DNA from: Octopus vulgaris
Lineage: Eukaryota
Assembly (NCBI GenBank): GCA_951406725.2
Contig: CATOCA020000001.1
Span: forward strand, 3,100,001-3,164,000
Length of the DNA stretch: 64,000 nucleotides
Direction: 5' to 3'
Part shown: positions 13,458 through 26,784 of the stretch, in pieces
Layout: every line of letters begins with the position of its first letter
Position numbering within the stretch: the first letter of the stretch is position 1
Notes under the pieces: model-generated
The model's input: only the letters and a program-made list of their open reading frames with translations
What the model was told of the DNA's origin: nothing
The model's database searches: none
Made by a program: the position numbers and the translations under genes

Positions 13458-14704
13458 TACTAGGTTGTCCGGAAAGTTGTGGGGGTGTTTAAGCTAAATC
13501 TTTTAACGCTTCATTGAACACACCTGAAACGTAACACAATCGAAACTTTGGCGTTGCTTGAAGTGGTAGTGCCCCTATTCTTTGTTCCTGGCTAAAAATA
13601 GATTTATATTTCATTCTAGTTACCCTTTATTGACATTCGGATTAGATAACCGAAAACTGTATATTCCCATTATAATGCTTTTCTTAAAAAAAAAGGACAA
13701 AATTCTGCAAAGACTTTCAAAAACATTTGCGAAGTTTAATTGTGACCATGTTGTAGGTGAATCAACGATTCGAAGGTGGTTTGCAAAATTTGAAGCTGGA
13801 GAGTTTAGCTTGAAAGATGACGGCCGCAGTGGAAGACCTTCAACATTGGATGAAGATGATTTGAAGGCAAACTTCGAAGAGAGCTCAAATATCACGACTA
13901 GAGAACTTGCAGAGGAATTGGAAGTTTCTATAAGTACAGCTCAGGAACACCTAGGGAAGCTAGGATGCATTTCTCGTTATAATGTATGGGTCCCCCACAG
14001 ATCTGAGAAAAGAATTGCTTGGACTGGTATTCCATTTGTAATATGTTTTTGAAACGAAATGAAGAATGCTTTTTTAAGAAACTTGTGACTGGAGATGAAA
14101 ACTGGATTGTGTACGAAAACGTTGTGCCTAAAAGATCCTGGTATTTGCGTGATAATCCCTAAAACAGCTGCCAAAGACGAATATCCACACCGAAAAAGAT
14201 ATGCTTTGTGTTTGGTAGGATCACAAAGGTATTATTTATTATGAGTTTCTCCCACAAGACCAGACCATTAATTCTGATGTGTACTGTCGTCAGTTGGGTA
14301 ATTTGAATCAAAATAACCAAGGACTTGAGGCCGGAAATTACCAATAGGAAAGGGGTAGTGTTTCAACCAGGCAATGCCCGACCGCATGTCTCTTTGGATA
14401 ACCGAACAAAGTGACATGAACTTGGCTGGGATCTCTTACTTCAATCAACCATTGTCATGTTTTTGTCTCTACAGAACTCATTGTAAGGCAAAACATTTAA
14501 CGATTTAGATGGAGTGAAGATGTTTTTTTTCTTTTCAAAATCAGTCAAATTCTTTACTAATGGAATATCTAAATTGCCAGATAGATGAGCAGAGGTCATT
14601 AATAAAAACAGAAAATATTTCATTAAATACAATTACTTAAAAGCTAAATTATTTATAGCCTTTCTGCTTATTCAAATCACTCAGAACTTTCCACACAAAC
14701 TTAT
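13458..14704 (+). mobile_element. Mariner remnant with degenerate TIRs
   Basis: Left ggttgtccggaaagtt and right aactttccacacaaac; HTH (RRWFAKF..G.FSLKD..RSGRP), WVPH, VTGDENW. Confidence 0.88.
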
Positions 14705-14751
14705 ATATATATATATATACATACACACCCACACACATACACACACACACA

Positions 14752-14844
<93 letters not shown>

Positions 14845-14869
14845 CAGTGACACTCAGTTAGTTACAATA

Positions 14870-15122
14870 ACAAAGGTTCCACGGTGTCCGATCGACGGAA
14901 CAGCCTCCTCGTGAAATTATTGTCCAAGGGGCCGAACACTCCACAGAAACGTGTACAATTAACGTAATTCTGAGGGAGAATCAGCGTGACACAGAGTGGG
15001 ACAAGGCTGGCCCTTTGAAATACACGTACTACTTATTTTTACCACCAGATTGAACTGGAGCAACGGGAAATAAAGAGTCTTACTCAAGGACACAATGCTT
15101 TACAAGGAATTGAACTCACGTG
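14870..15122 (-). mobile_element. SINE fragment
   Basis: ctcaaggacacaa..ggaattgaactc is a reverse-complement tRNA-like B box region. Confidence 0.5.
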
Positions 15123-16235
15123 GACCAAATAAGCCACTGACATTCAAACAACTTTGCACACCACTTCAAATGTTGAATTATCTTATCTTCTTTCTACTAA
15201 CATTATTTACATAATGACTTCTGTTAGGAGCGGCAATGGCCTTCCCCGCTGGTATATACCATGGCAGCCATGCAACACAAGAGGAATGTCATAAACACTC
15301 GACCTAATTTCCAGATAAAATACTTCGTCGCTTTTGCGAGATTAAATTTACAACGCTGACAAAAGGCTTTACTTACAAGCAGAACAGGACACACACACGG
15401 AACACACACACACATACACACACACACACAAACACACACACACATACATGGGCATACATGCACACACACAAACATACACAGAAGCATGTAACGATTGGAT
15501 TTGTGGGGTTCATTTGATCTACAAGAAATAGCAGCCAAAGTTTAGCCCAAATCTCACCTTAGTCATATATCGTATGACAGATTACATAGTGTAATTCTAA
15601 ATGCATGTAAATCATCAAGATGGTCGTGGATGGAATGCTTGTGATCATGTCTGCTCGATCAACGATTATGTGCTTCCAAATGTGTCGGTGTGGTAAGAAG
15701 TTTGTTTCACAACCAAATGATTCCTGGTTCAACCCCACATTTGGCAATTCTCTTCCATTATAGTTGTGGCCAACTACAGCCGTCTGTGCCGATTGGTAGA
15801 TAGAAACTGAATGAAACCCTTTGTGTGGAGCATATATATATATATATGTATTCACATGAATTTATTTATGTATCTACCTTCCGACATCTATCTATCTATC
15901 TACCTATGTGTGTGTGTATGTAAATATGTATATATGTATATACACTCAAATACCATATAAATTTATATACATACATAGACATGTATAGGTATGTATATAT
16001 ATATATGTATATAAAGAAAGGCACACATGCACATATATAAACACACTACCAACATCGGTATACACGGTCTATAACCGAGTTTACAAAGGAAGTTCTAGAA
16101 AAAATAAACAATAGTTCTGAATTACTGAGAAGACAGAATTCCTTGTCTTTATCAAAAGGGATCGAAATTGAGAGAATCAACCAATCTAAATTAAATTGTA
16201 TATTGTGGTCGACTTACATGCATACATAGATACAA

Positions 16236-16305
<70 letters not shown>

Positions 16306-16307
<2 letters not shown>

Positions 16308-16709
16308 TCTTTTACTCTTTTACTTGTTTCAGTCATTTGACTGCGGCCATACTGGAACATCGCCTTTAGTCGAGCAATTCGACCCCGGGACTTATTCTTT
16401 GTAAGCCCAGTACTTATTCTATCGGTCTCTTTTGCTGAACCGCTAAGATACGGGACGTAAACACACCACCATCGGTTGTCAAGCAATGGTGGAGTGACAA
16501 AAACAGACACACAAACATATACATACATACATATATATACATATATAAGACGGGCTTCTTCCAGTTTCCGTCTACCAAATCCACTCACAAGGCTTTGGTC
16601 GGCCCGAGGCTATAGTAGAAGACACTTGCCCAAGGGTCCACGCAGTGGGAATGAACCCGGAACCTAGTGGTTGGTAAGCAAGCTGCTTACCACACAGCCA
16701 CTCCTGCGC

Positions 16710-16710
<1 letters not shown>
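16306..16710 (-). mobile_element. Full-length tRNA-derived SINE
   Basis: Reverse complement of the 7588 family from head (cctgcgcc) to tail. Confidence 0.85.
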
Positions 16711-16774
<64 letters not shown>

Positions 16775-16875
16775 TATATTATATTATATTAAATTATATT
16801 TTGTGAAATTTGATTTAGTACTTCTAAATTGAATTTTCCCCTGTAAGTTAGGAATAATATTTCCTCAAAGTATTA

Positions 16876-16922
<47 letters not shown>

Positions 16923-17024
16923 CATATATATATATATATACACACACATACACGTAAATATATATATATGCATACACACATATATATGCATGTACGTGTG
17001 TGTGTGTATGTATTCTATTATTCT

Positions 17025-17334
17025 TTTATTTGCTTCAGTCATTTGACTGCAGCCATGCTGGAACACCGCCTTCAGTTGAACAAATCGACCCCAGAACATA
17101 CTATTTGTAAGCCTAGTACTTATTCTATGGGTGTCTTTTGACGAACCGCTATGTTACCAGGAGCCACGAACATCGGTTTCCACACGATGTTGGGAGGACA
17201 AATATAGACACACAAACATACACACACACATGCACACACACACACACACACACAGACACACACACTCACACACACACACGCATATATATATATATATGTG
17301 AGTGGATTTGAATGGAAACTGAAAGAAACCTGCC

Positions 17335-17378
<44 letters not shown>

Positions 17379-17540
17379 GACAGTTTTCTTTCAGTTTCCA
17401 TCTACCAAATCCACTCAGAAGTTTTTGGTCAGACAGAGGTTGTAGTAGAAGACACTTGCCCAAGGTGTCACGCAGTGGGACTGAACCAGGAACCATGTGG
17501 TTCCTAAGTAAGCTACGTACCACACAGACACTCCTGCGCC
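17025..17540 (-). mobile_element. tRNA-derived SINE with internal inverted fragment
   Basis: Same family; includes a short inverted core fragment at 17297-17336. Confidence 0.8.
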
Positions 17541-17594
17541 TGTATATAAATATATATAAGTATATATACATACATACATATATACATATATATA

Positions 17595-17653
<59 letters not shown>

Positions 17654-18554
17654 GTGTATTATGCTATACATTACATATATGGTATCTGCATATGTACATA
17701 TAAATATGTGTGTGTATGTGCGTATCCAAGTATTTTCCTTTATTTACCTGCAGTGAGAACATGGCATGCCTAGAAACACACATATACATAAATATATGCG
17801 TGCACACATATAGATATAATACACAGACACACACACAGAACGTTTACTGCTATAACTGTTGTCAGGATTTAGCATTTGTCGATGTGATTAAATAACAGAA
17901 CGGATTATGTGTAGGGTTTACAACACACACACACACACACACACGCGCACATGCATAGACACATATACATACATTCGTAGACTCACATATGCACATACAT
18001 ATTCTTATCTCGAAATAGACACACGCACACACAAACTCTTATCTCAAAATTTAACGTCTCCAAGTCTCATAACATCAATATAAATAGACAAAATTCAACA
18101 CATTTCTTTATTCGTTTGCTGTTCTTTGAACTCACTGAACGTGGAAGATATTCCTAACAGAAAAAACTCTTCAGATTCCAACTGAAAGAAATTAATTATT
18201 CAGGTAGATATTATTCTTCTATTGGTTTTAATTAACACAATATTTTCTTACTCTTTAATATTGTCAAAGTTTCATTATAACAATTTCCAACGCAGACATA
18301 CTTTTATATGGAAATTCGTTTTATTTTCAGAGAGTATTTTATATATCATTAATATTTCCAGGATATAATATAAGGTATAGTTTGCTTAAATCTGTGGAAA
18401 AGCTATTTGATGGAATTTAGTCACAATATTCATCTAATTACACAGTATTTTCGAAAATACAAGGACAGATTGTATGACGTTTAGCCAGCAGGAGATGTTG
18501 TCTCCTGGGGCTAAACGGTAGTAGCATTTGTCCCAACCGAGATCGCCAAACTGT

Positions 18555-18627
<73 letters not shown>

Positions 18628-18934
18628 TACTAACAATATAGGATGGAGTCCCTTTCTCTACAGAAAAAGAATCCATCAGAAAGCGTGGCAGTATATTAAA
18701 AAAACCGTTACGGTTGAAGTATAAACATCATATAATTAAGGGCTAAATAAGATTATTCTAAAGCCAATACACTGATTTATCCACTTATAATCCACTTGTT
18801 ACAGAAAAATTGAAACTGAAAACGGGCAAGTAACCTTTAGAAAATTTTAATTTCGTTATCTCTATATTGAATCAATTTCGGAATATAAGTGGATAAATCA
18901 GTGTATTGGCTTTAGAATAATCTTCTTTAGCCCT

Positions 18935-19015
<81 letters not shown>

Positions 19016-19153
19016 TAAGAGAGTGGTCACTATATGGCTCACTCTAGCACCAGTTAATTCAAAAGGTTTCAACCACGAAAATACATGTTTCCCATGAAAG
19101 TCAGTACGATTGTTAGCTCACACGGACAGGGCAAATAAAAAATAACAAAAATA

Positions 19154-19250
19154 CAGATTATTTTGGGACAATTGTTTCGCTATTAATGAATTAAATGTAA
19201 TTTTACTTACAAAAAAAATCCATTTGTAGCTCGTCAGCCAAAACTATCTG
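19154..19250 (-). ncRNA. Type I hammerhead ribozyme, copy 1
   Basis: Minus strand reads CAGAUAGUUUUGG-CUGACGA-GCUA...UAGC-GAA-AC-AAUU-GU-C-CCAAAAUAAUCUG. Intact core, stem I 12/13 paired, GUC cleavage triplet at 19169-19167. Confidence 0.88.
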
Positions 19251-19689
19251 GATGAAATCCACTCAATCACACGCCAGATTTTACCATAACGATAAATACG
19301 CGTGTGGTTCAATTGATTACATCCGACGTTATAATTCAAATGCCCCAACTAACAGCGCGCCAAACTTTCACGGAAAACAAATACAGCATTTAGAAATAAA
19401 TGCAGCATAATTATAATTAATTAATAAGGGTGAGAGAATTAGATACTAATTTAATAGTATATCTATTCAACACCAAGTGGCCTAGTGCTACGAGAAACCT
19501 GGATTATTATAATATTTTATAACATATTATAATATTTTTACAAAATAAATATAAGAGAGTGGTCACTATATGGCTCACTCTAGCACCAGTTAATCCAAAA
19601 GGTTTCAACCACGAAAATACATGTTTCCCATGAAAGTCAGTACGATTGTTAGCTCACACGGACAGGGCAAATAAAAAATAACAAAAATA

Positions 19690-19786
19690 CAGATTATTTT
19701 GGGACAATTGTTTCGCTATTAATGAATTAAATGTAATTTTACTTACAAAAAAAATCCATTTGTAGCTCGTCAGCCAAAACTATCTG
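19690..19786 (-). ncRNA. Type I hammerhead ribozyme, copy 2
   Basis: Same sequence as copy 1, offset +536. Confidence 0.88.
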
Positions 19787-20225
19787 GATGAAATCCACTC
19801 AATCACACGCCAGATTTTACCATAACGATAAATACGCGTGTGGTTCAATTGATTACATCCGACGTTATAATTCAAATGCCCCAACTAACAGCGCGCCAAA
19901 CTTTCACGGAAAACAAATACAGCATTTAGAAATAAATGCAGCATAATTATAATTAATTAATAAGGGTGAGAGAATTAGATACTAATTTAATAGTATATCT
20001 ATTCAACACCAAGTGGCCTAGTGCTACGAGAAACCTGGATTATTATAATATTTTATAACATATTATAATATTTTTACAAAATAAATATAAGAGAGTGGAC
20101 ACTATATGGCTCACTCTAGCACCAGTTAATCCAAAAGGTTTCAACCACGAAAATACATGTTTCCCATGAAAGTCAGTACGATTGTTAGCTCACACGGACA
20201 GGGCAAATAAAAAATAACAAAAATA

Positions 20226-20322
20226 CAGATTATTTTGGGACAATTGTTTCGCTATTAATGAATTAAATGTAATTTTACTTACAAAAAAAATCCATTTGTA
20301 GCTCGTCAGCCAAAACTATCTG
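20226..20322 (-). ncRNA. Type I hammerhead ribozyme, copy 3
   Basis: Same sequence as copy 1, offset +1072. Confidence 0.88.
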
Positions 20323-20861
20323 GATGAAATCCACTCAATCACACGCCAGATTTTACCATAACGATAAATACGCGTGTGGTTCAATTGATTACATCCGACG
20401 TTATAATTCAAATGCCCCAACTAACAGCGCGCCAAACTTTCACGGAAAACAAATACAGCATTTAGAAATAAATGCAGCATAATTATAATTAATTAATAAG
20501 GGTGAGAGAATTAGATACTAATTTAATAGTATATCTATTCAACACCAAGTGGCCTAGTGCTACGAGAAACCTGGATTATTATAATATTTTATAACATATT
20601 ATAATATTTTTACAAAATAAATATAAGAGAGTGGTCACTATATGGCTCACTCTAGCACCAGTTAATCCCGTGGTTGAAACCTTTTGGATTAACTGGTGCT
20701 AGAGTGAGCCATATAGTGACCACTCTCTTATATTTATTTTGTAAAAATATTATAATATGTTATAAAATATTATAATAATCCAGGTTTCTCGTAGCACTAG
20801 GCCACTTGGTGTTGAATAGATATACTATTAAATTAGTATCTAATTCTCTCACCCTTATTAA

Positions 20862-20908
<47 letters not shown>

Positions 20909-21441
20909 TTAAGGGACATTAGTCATTTCTACCAAAACTTTTACTAATCCTACCCAATGCAATTTATCTCTAATTTAATATATATATATATATATATATA
21001 TATTAAATTAGAGATAAAACCACTATTAGGCAAATCAAACAATGAAAACCATAAGCCAATACATAAAATTAATTAATTTATATTATTTTTAAAATATATC
21101 AAAAGTATTCAAAGTTTAATAAAATATAACGAGGCCAGTCGGGGTGGCGCTGGCAACGGCCACATTCGGATGATACTCTTACGTGCCACCGGCACTGGTA
21201 TCTCAGCTGCAATTTCCATTGATCAATTCTGATTCTCACTATCTTTTAATACTTTTGATATATTTTTATTATAATATAAATTAATTAATTTTATGTATTG
21301 GCTTATGTTTTTCATTGTTTGATTTGCCTAATAGTGGTTTTATCTCTAATTTAATATAATATAATATATTTATACTATAAAATTGGGTTTAATCCTAAAT
21401 CTGATTTTTCCCTGTAAGTTTGGATTTATTCCCTAATACTT

Positions 21442-21492
<51 letters not shown>

Positions 21493-21965
21493 CATGTGTT
21501 GCAAGATTCCTGGTTTGAAACCATGAGTTTGAAACAGGTATTGTTGTATTTCGGGATGGTCATTATTATATTTTAGGGGCTAATTAAACAGTCGAATTAT
21601 TTATTCGTTCTTCACTCCACGGAATGAGCAGAAAAGGAGCACACATGGGGGGCGGAAAGTGTCGCTGAAGAGGCCACAGATGTGTGACGAAGGATTTCCT
21701 GACAATGGACATGAGTTAAAATAAGAACATTAATAAACGAGTAAAGAGAACGAATATATAGAGCATATGTTTATTTGGCAAGAATGACCGAAATACCACA
21801 ATACATATATATTGTGAGATTCCGATGGTTTTGGAGCTTTGGCTCTGATTTTAGCAAGTGGTATTATATACCCTACTGAATCTAAATTTAGCTTATAATG
21901 TGCCAGTAACCGTGTGAACTTGCTAGCCACCTTATTATTACCTTATTAATATCATTAACAACAGA

Positions 21966-22125
21966 GGGCGGCGAGCAGGCAGAAACGTTAGCACGTCGGG
22001 CGAAATGCTTAGCGATATTTCGTTTGTCTTTACATTCTGAGTTTAAATTAAGCCGATGTCAACTTTGCCTTTCATCCTGCCGTGGTCGATAAATTAAGTA
22101 CCAGTTGCATACTGGGGTCGAAATT
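21966..22125 (+). mobile_element. Second SINE family (MetaSINE-like core), partial
   Basis: ggcgagcaggcagaaacgttagcacg..ctttgcctttcatcc..gtcgataaattaagtaccag; same family as 30597. Confidence 0.7.
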
Positions 22126-22377
22126 CTCAGCGTCTAAACTGATACTAGTAAGATATAGAATGTTATGCAAACAACGTTGATATAAAGAGCATACGCATTT
22201 GACAGGAAGAGGAAAACAGAGAACAGCCTTTCGGAATAAGGTACAGGCCCATGACTAAAAATTAGTTTCTTTGAAGCAGGATTTACTGGTTATACATTAC
22301 AATTAAAGAAACTAATTTTTGAAAATACACAACTGGGAAACGTTGCAGAAAGAAACTTGCGAAAAGACGCGAACGAT

Positions 22378-23417
22378 ATGGAAAGATACTTGAAATCTGA
22401 CAGACTGAATACAAACTGAAATTCTATAAATGCTGATAAAGTTTTTAATCACTGGTTTAGAACTTTCACCAACTTTATAGACTCACTACCAGGGCAGGAA
22501 GGTAGGGTTATCGATAAAGGCAATCTTTTGATTAATTATGTGGAACCGAACGTATACGAATTCATCAGAGAAACTAAGAACTACGAAGAAGCTGTGAATA
22601 CACTAAAGATTGTGTACATTAAACCAAAGAACATCGTAATGGCACGCCATCTTTTAGCCACAAGGAAACAGAAACTAGGGGAATCTCTAGACCAGTTCTT
22701 AAATGAACTCAAAATATTAGCGAAAGTCTGTGACTTTGTTGCAGTGAGTGCTGAGCAGTACCGGTCTGAAATGATTCGAGATGCATTTATAAATGGTCTC
22801 ACTTCGAATCAAATACGACAAAGACTATTAGAAAACAAAAGTGCCGACCTCAGTACAGCTTATGATCAAGCACGTTCCCTAGATGTGGCGCAACATAGTT
22901 CCTGTGTATTTGTAAACGCTGAGGGTGCCAAATTCAGTCCAACTGCATCCATTGTAGCTAAGCCAATAGATTCCCCAAAGCAGGGAGGAGACCCCTGTCA
23001 ATGTTGGCTTTGTGGCTATTCCAGACATCCGCGGACTCACTGCTCTGCGTGGAAAGCAGTCTGTCACAAATGCCCAAAATAGGGCATTTTGGAAAACTAT
23101 GTAGGAGCACCGCAGCAACTGTAACACAGGATGATGGTGAAAATTATTTGCGATTGGCAGTATCAGCATCAGCAGGTTCACACTTCCGAGTAACCTCCAA
23201 GGTTATACTGAACAATAGCTATAAAGCCGAAGCATTAATTGATGGCGGTAGCACTGACAAGAGCTTCATTAGTGAGAAGCTAGAGAACACACTCGACATT
23301 ATCACGGTCAAATTGAAGAGCGTCATTGGTATGGCTTCTGCATCACTTTCTGCGGAATCCAAGGGATACTGCACGGTTTCACTAACCCACAATAATCAGA
23401 AATACTACCATGACTAG
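22378..23417 (+). mobile_element. Ty3/Gypsy LTR retrotransposon gag-protease remnant
   Basis: Gag (ARHLLATRKQ..ESLDQF, IRDAFINGL..IRQRLLE), tandem Zn knuckles CWLCGYSRHPRTHC and CHKCPK*GHFGKLC, aspartic protease ALIDGGS; internal stops. Confidence 0.85.
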
Positions 23418-23439
23418 TATTCCTCCTCCTGCAGTCTCT

Positions 23440-24890
23440 AAGTACACTTTAGTTTATCAAGAATTGATCCTTGGTACTTCTGCACTTACGCTTGTAACCT
23501 TTCTGCTCATGTGGTAGGACTCCATTTTTTCCAGATGTTCGGACATTGCGAGTATTCCAGTCAATAATTTCCACATAAGTGGCAAACAGGATATCGGCCT
23601 GTAATTGTCTACCGCATTGCCTTTTTCCATGTTTTTTTTCAGGCACAGCACTGTCCTACCCAATGCCAACCTCTCTGATATTACTTGGTCGGCATTTAAC
23701 AGGTGTTGAGTTGCGCAGCTATTCGTGCATGACATTCACCAAATTTTTTGATCCAGTAGCCTTGGTCCCGGGGCCTTCCAGTTGCTCATTTTTTTTGCTG
23801 ATTTCCTTCACTTCCTTAACTGAAATGACTAGTTCTGCTTGTTTTAGACAGACTACTATCCAAATTCTTTGGTCGTATCTTACCATCTTTGCTTTCTTTG
23901 CAACGAGGCGCTGTTTCAGTTCCCCCATTACTACTTTCAGGCCATTTCTTTCAATACTATACTTTCTTTAAATCGCCCTGTATTTTTGTTTTCTTTGAAG
24001 CTCACCTTTCTCTTTTCGGTCTACCACAGAGATTTCCTTCGAGAGCAAGTCTGACCCTGTCCGTGTTCTTCTTTACCACCATGGATCTTTTCTTTTGCCA
24101 TTCCCATTATGTATTTTTTCTTGACATCAACGCCCAAGTTTTCTGCTACAACAATACTTGCTGCCTTGATCAAATTATTTTTTTCTGTGATGTTGTTTGT
24201 TTTGATGTATTTCTGAATTTCATTGACATTTTTCGTTTCTTGGTTCAATTTCCATCGATCAACCTTTCTAAGGTAGCAAATAATGTCGCTATATCATTCT
24301 CCTGTAGTCCTACCTTTATTCTGTCGTAGATCTGTTCATCTGTCATGTCGGCATTAGTTTTATTGTCTTCTTTTAGATCGTCTATATGTCTCTTATCAAG
24401 TAGACTACCACTGCTCCTTTCCTGTTCTATGAATTTACTCTTATTAAGAACTGTATTTTCCTTGTTATCTCTGCTACTATATTCCATGAACCGTCTTTTG
24501 ATAGCTTCGAGCTCTACTTCTGTGAACCAACAAGTTTTTTCTTATTGCTCTAGCTTGACCACATAGACTCTTTTCCGTGAGTTGAATCAATCCCTTTTCT
24601 CTCCCAGGATCATACATACATTATGAGTAACCCCTAGTTTGAGCACCATTTTCATCTACCGCGCTGCTCAGGTACTAACACTCCATGACCACAGCATTAA
24701 TTTGCTTCCTCAATCTACGCCGTGTGTGGTAGGCCCTTTCTGGATATGGGCAGGCTGGAGCCGGACCAGAATATCTTAGCCTACCGGGTGTAACACTGTC
24801 ACAATCATTGGCTTCAGTTTCATTACCACCGTTATTCACGATATTTTGAATTTTCATTGTCACACATATGAGGTAGCGATTATCAGGTTG
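23440..24890 (-). mobile_element. R4/Dong-like (RLE clade) non-LTR retrotransposon remnant
   Basis: [37 protein letters not shown] and N-terminal WFTEVELEAIK fragments, heavily frameshifted. Clade assignment is inference. Confidence 0.65.
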
Positions 24891-24927
24891 CGCAATTACC
24901 AGTGTTTTTATTGTGACACCATCACCA

Positions 24928-25357
<430 letters not shown>

Positions 25358-25998
25358 TCTGTTCATTGCTTGGGTGCATTTCAATTACTAAGTGCTAGCA
25401 TCTATGAGAAACTAGTCACGCGTGTGTTTTTTCTAAAGTTTCATAAGAGACGGGTTCTTAGACCCAGTGCATAAGCTAGGTTTATGTAGAATATTCCTAA
25501 TAGGAGTATGGAGTAACATACCCTTGGTAGACAAAAAGCGATGGGGTATTCCTATCTATACCGGTCTATACTCAGCCCATGCAAGCATACATACATATAA
25601 CTACAGAACCACAGATGCACCTATACTACCACTAACCAGATATACATTCACACCCATATACATGTGCGTACATAATTATATACATGCATATCCAAACTCG
25701 CTCATACACACACCCTTATCACCACACATGCGCACACACGTATATATCCATTTCCAGACCTTTGGATACATATTTATGTAAACACCCAGAAGCCCATGGC
25801 TTCTGGCATAGCCTCTCATATATACAAAATATATATATAATATATATATAATATATATACATGCTCATACATATGCCTATATATGTTTATATACACACAC
25901 ACTTGGAACTAGCACTTGGGTAAGAATAATTGCGTACACTACAAGCAGTATATTGGACAGACACTATCACTTAGTTGGTTTCTCAACGTCTATCACAG

Positions 25999-26072
<74 letters not shown>

Positions 26073-26609
26073 GGTGATATATAAAATCCATTGATCGGTG
26101 TGTAGGGAAAACGATCAAAGACAATAGTGCGTTATTGAAACGGAAGTTTCGGTGTTTTTACGTATCGAAGTTCGAAACGTTTAAAAAAATTTCTTTTCCT
26201 ATTTCTCGGTAGGCGATTAGGGTTGCCCGGTGTGCGAATTAGAATACAAGAGTTAAGGAATGGAGTCGATAGGATCCGGGTTACATATGTTTCATAGCAA
26301 GCAGAACCTTGGAAATGGCAAATGACCGAGATTGTTGTATACTGGAGGCTGCTTTTCAAGGCCAAAGATATCTTGATTAAATGAAAGTTTACATTGTCGC
26401 AAGGAGGTATACATACTTGTGTCAGTCGACTGTGGCCATACTTGGGCATCGCCTGGAAAGATTTTAGTCGAATGGTGAATAGACCCCAGGACTTATTTGT
26501 TTAGCCTGATACTTATTCTATCAATGCAGAGCCGCTAAGTTATGTCGAGGAAAATGGACCACCACCGGCTACGAAGTGGATGTTGCGATACACACAAACA
26601 CTGAAATGT

Positions 26610-26675
<66 letters not shown>

Positions 26676-26784
26676 ACACACACACATACACACACACACA
26701 CACAAACAGATTTAGAAAGACAGTTAGAAATTCAGGCAGACAGACAAACAGACAGATAGATAGACAGACAGACAGAAAGATACA

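Larger units (their letters stand above)
19011..20870 (-). mobile_element. Retrozyme-like / Penelope pLTR-like tandem array: 3 x 536-bp units, a partial 4th unit and an inverted partial copy
   Basis: Units start at 19011, 19547, 20083 and 20619 and are nearly identical. 20669-20870 is the reverse complement of the unit junction region. Flanked by (TA)n; no ORF. Confidence 0.8.

Noticed and set aside
21664-21700. CUGAAGA-stem-GAAG hammerhead-like motif
   Set aside because: GAAA core is broken and stems I and III are unsupported; at best a decayed relic.
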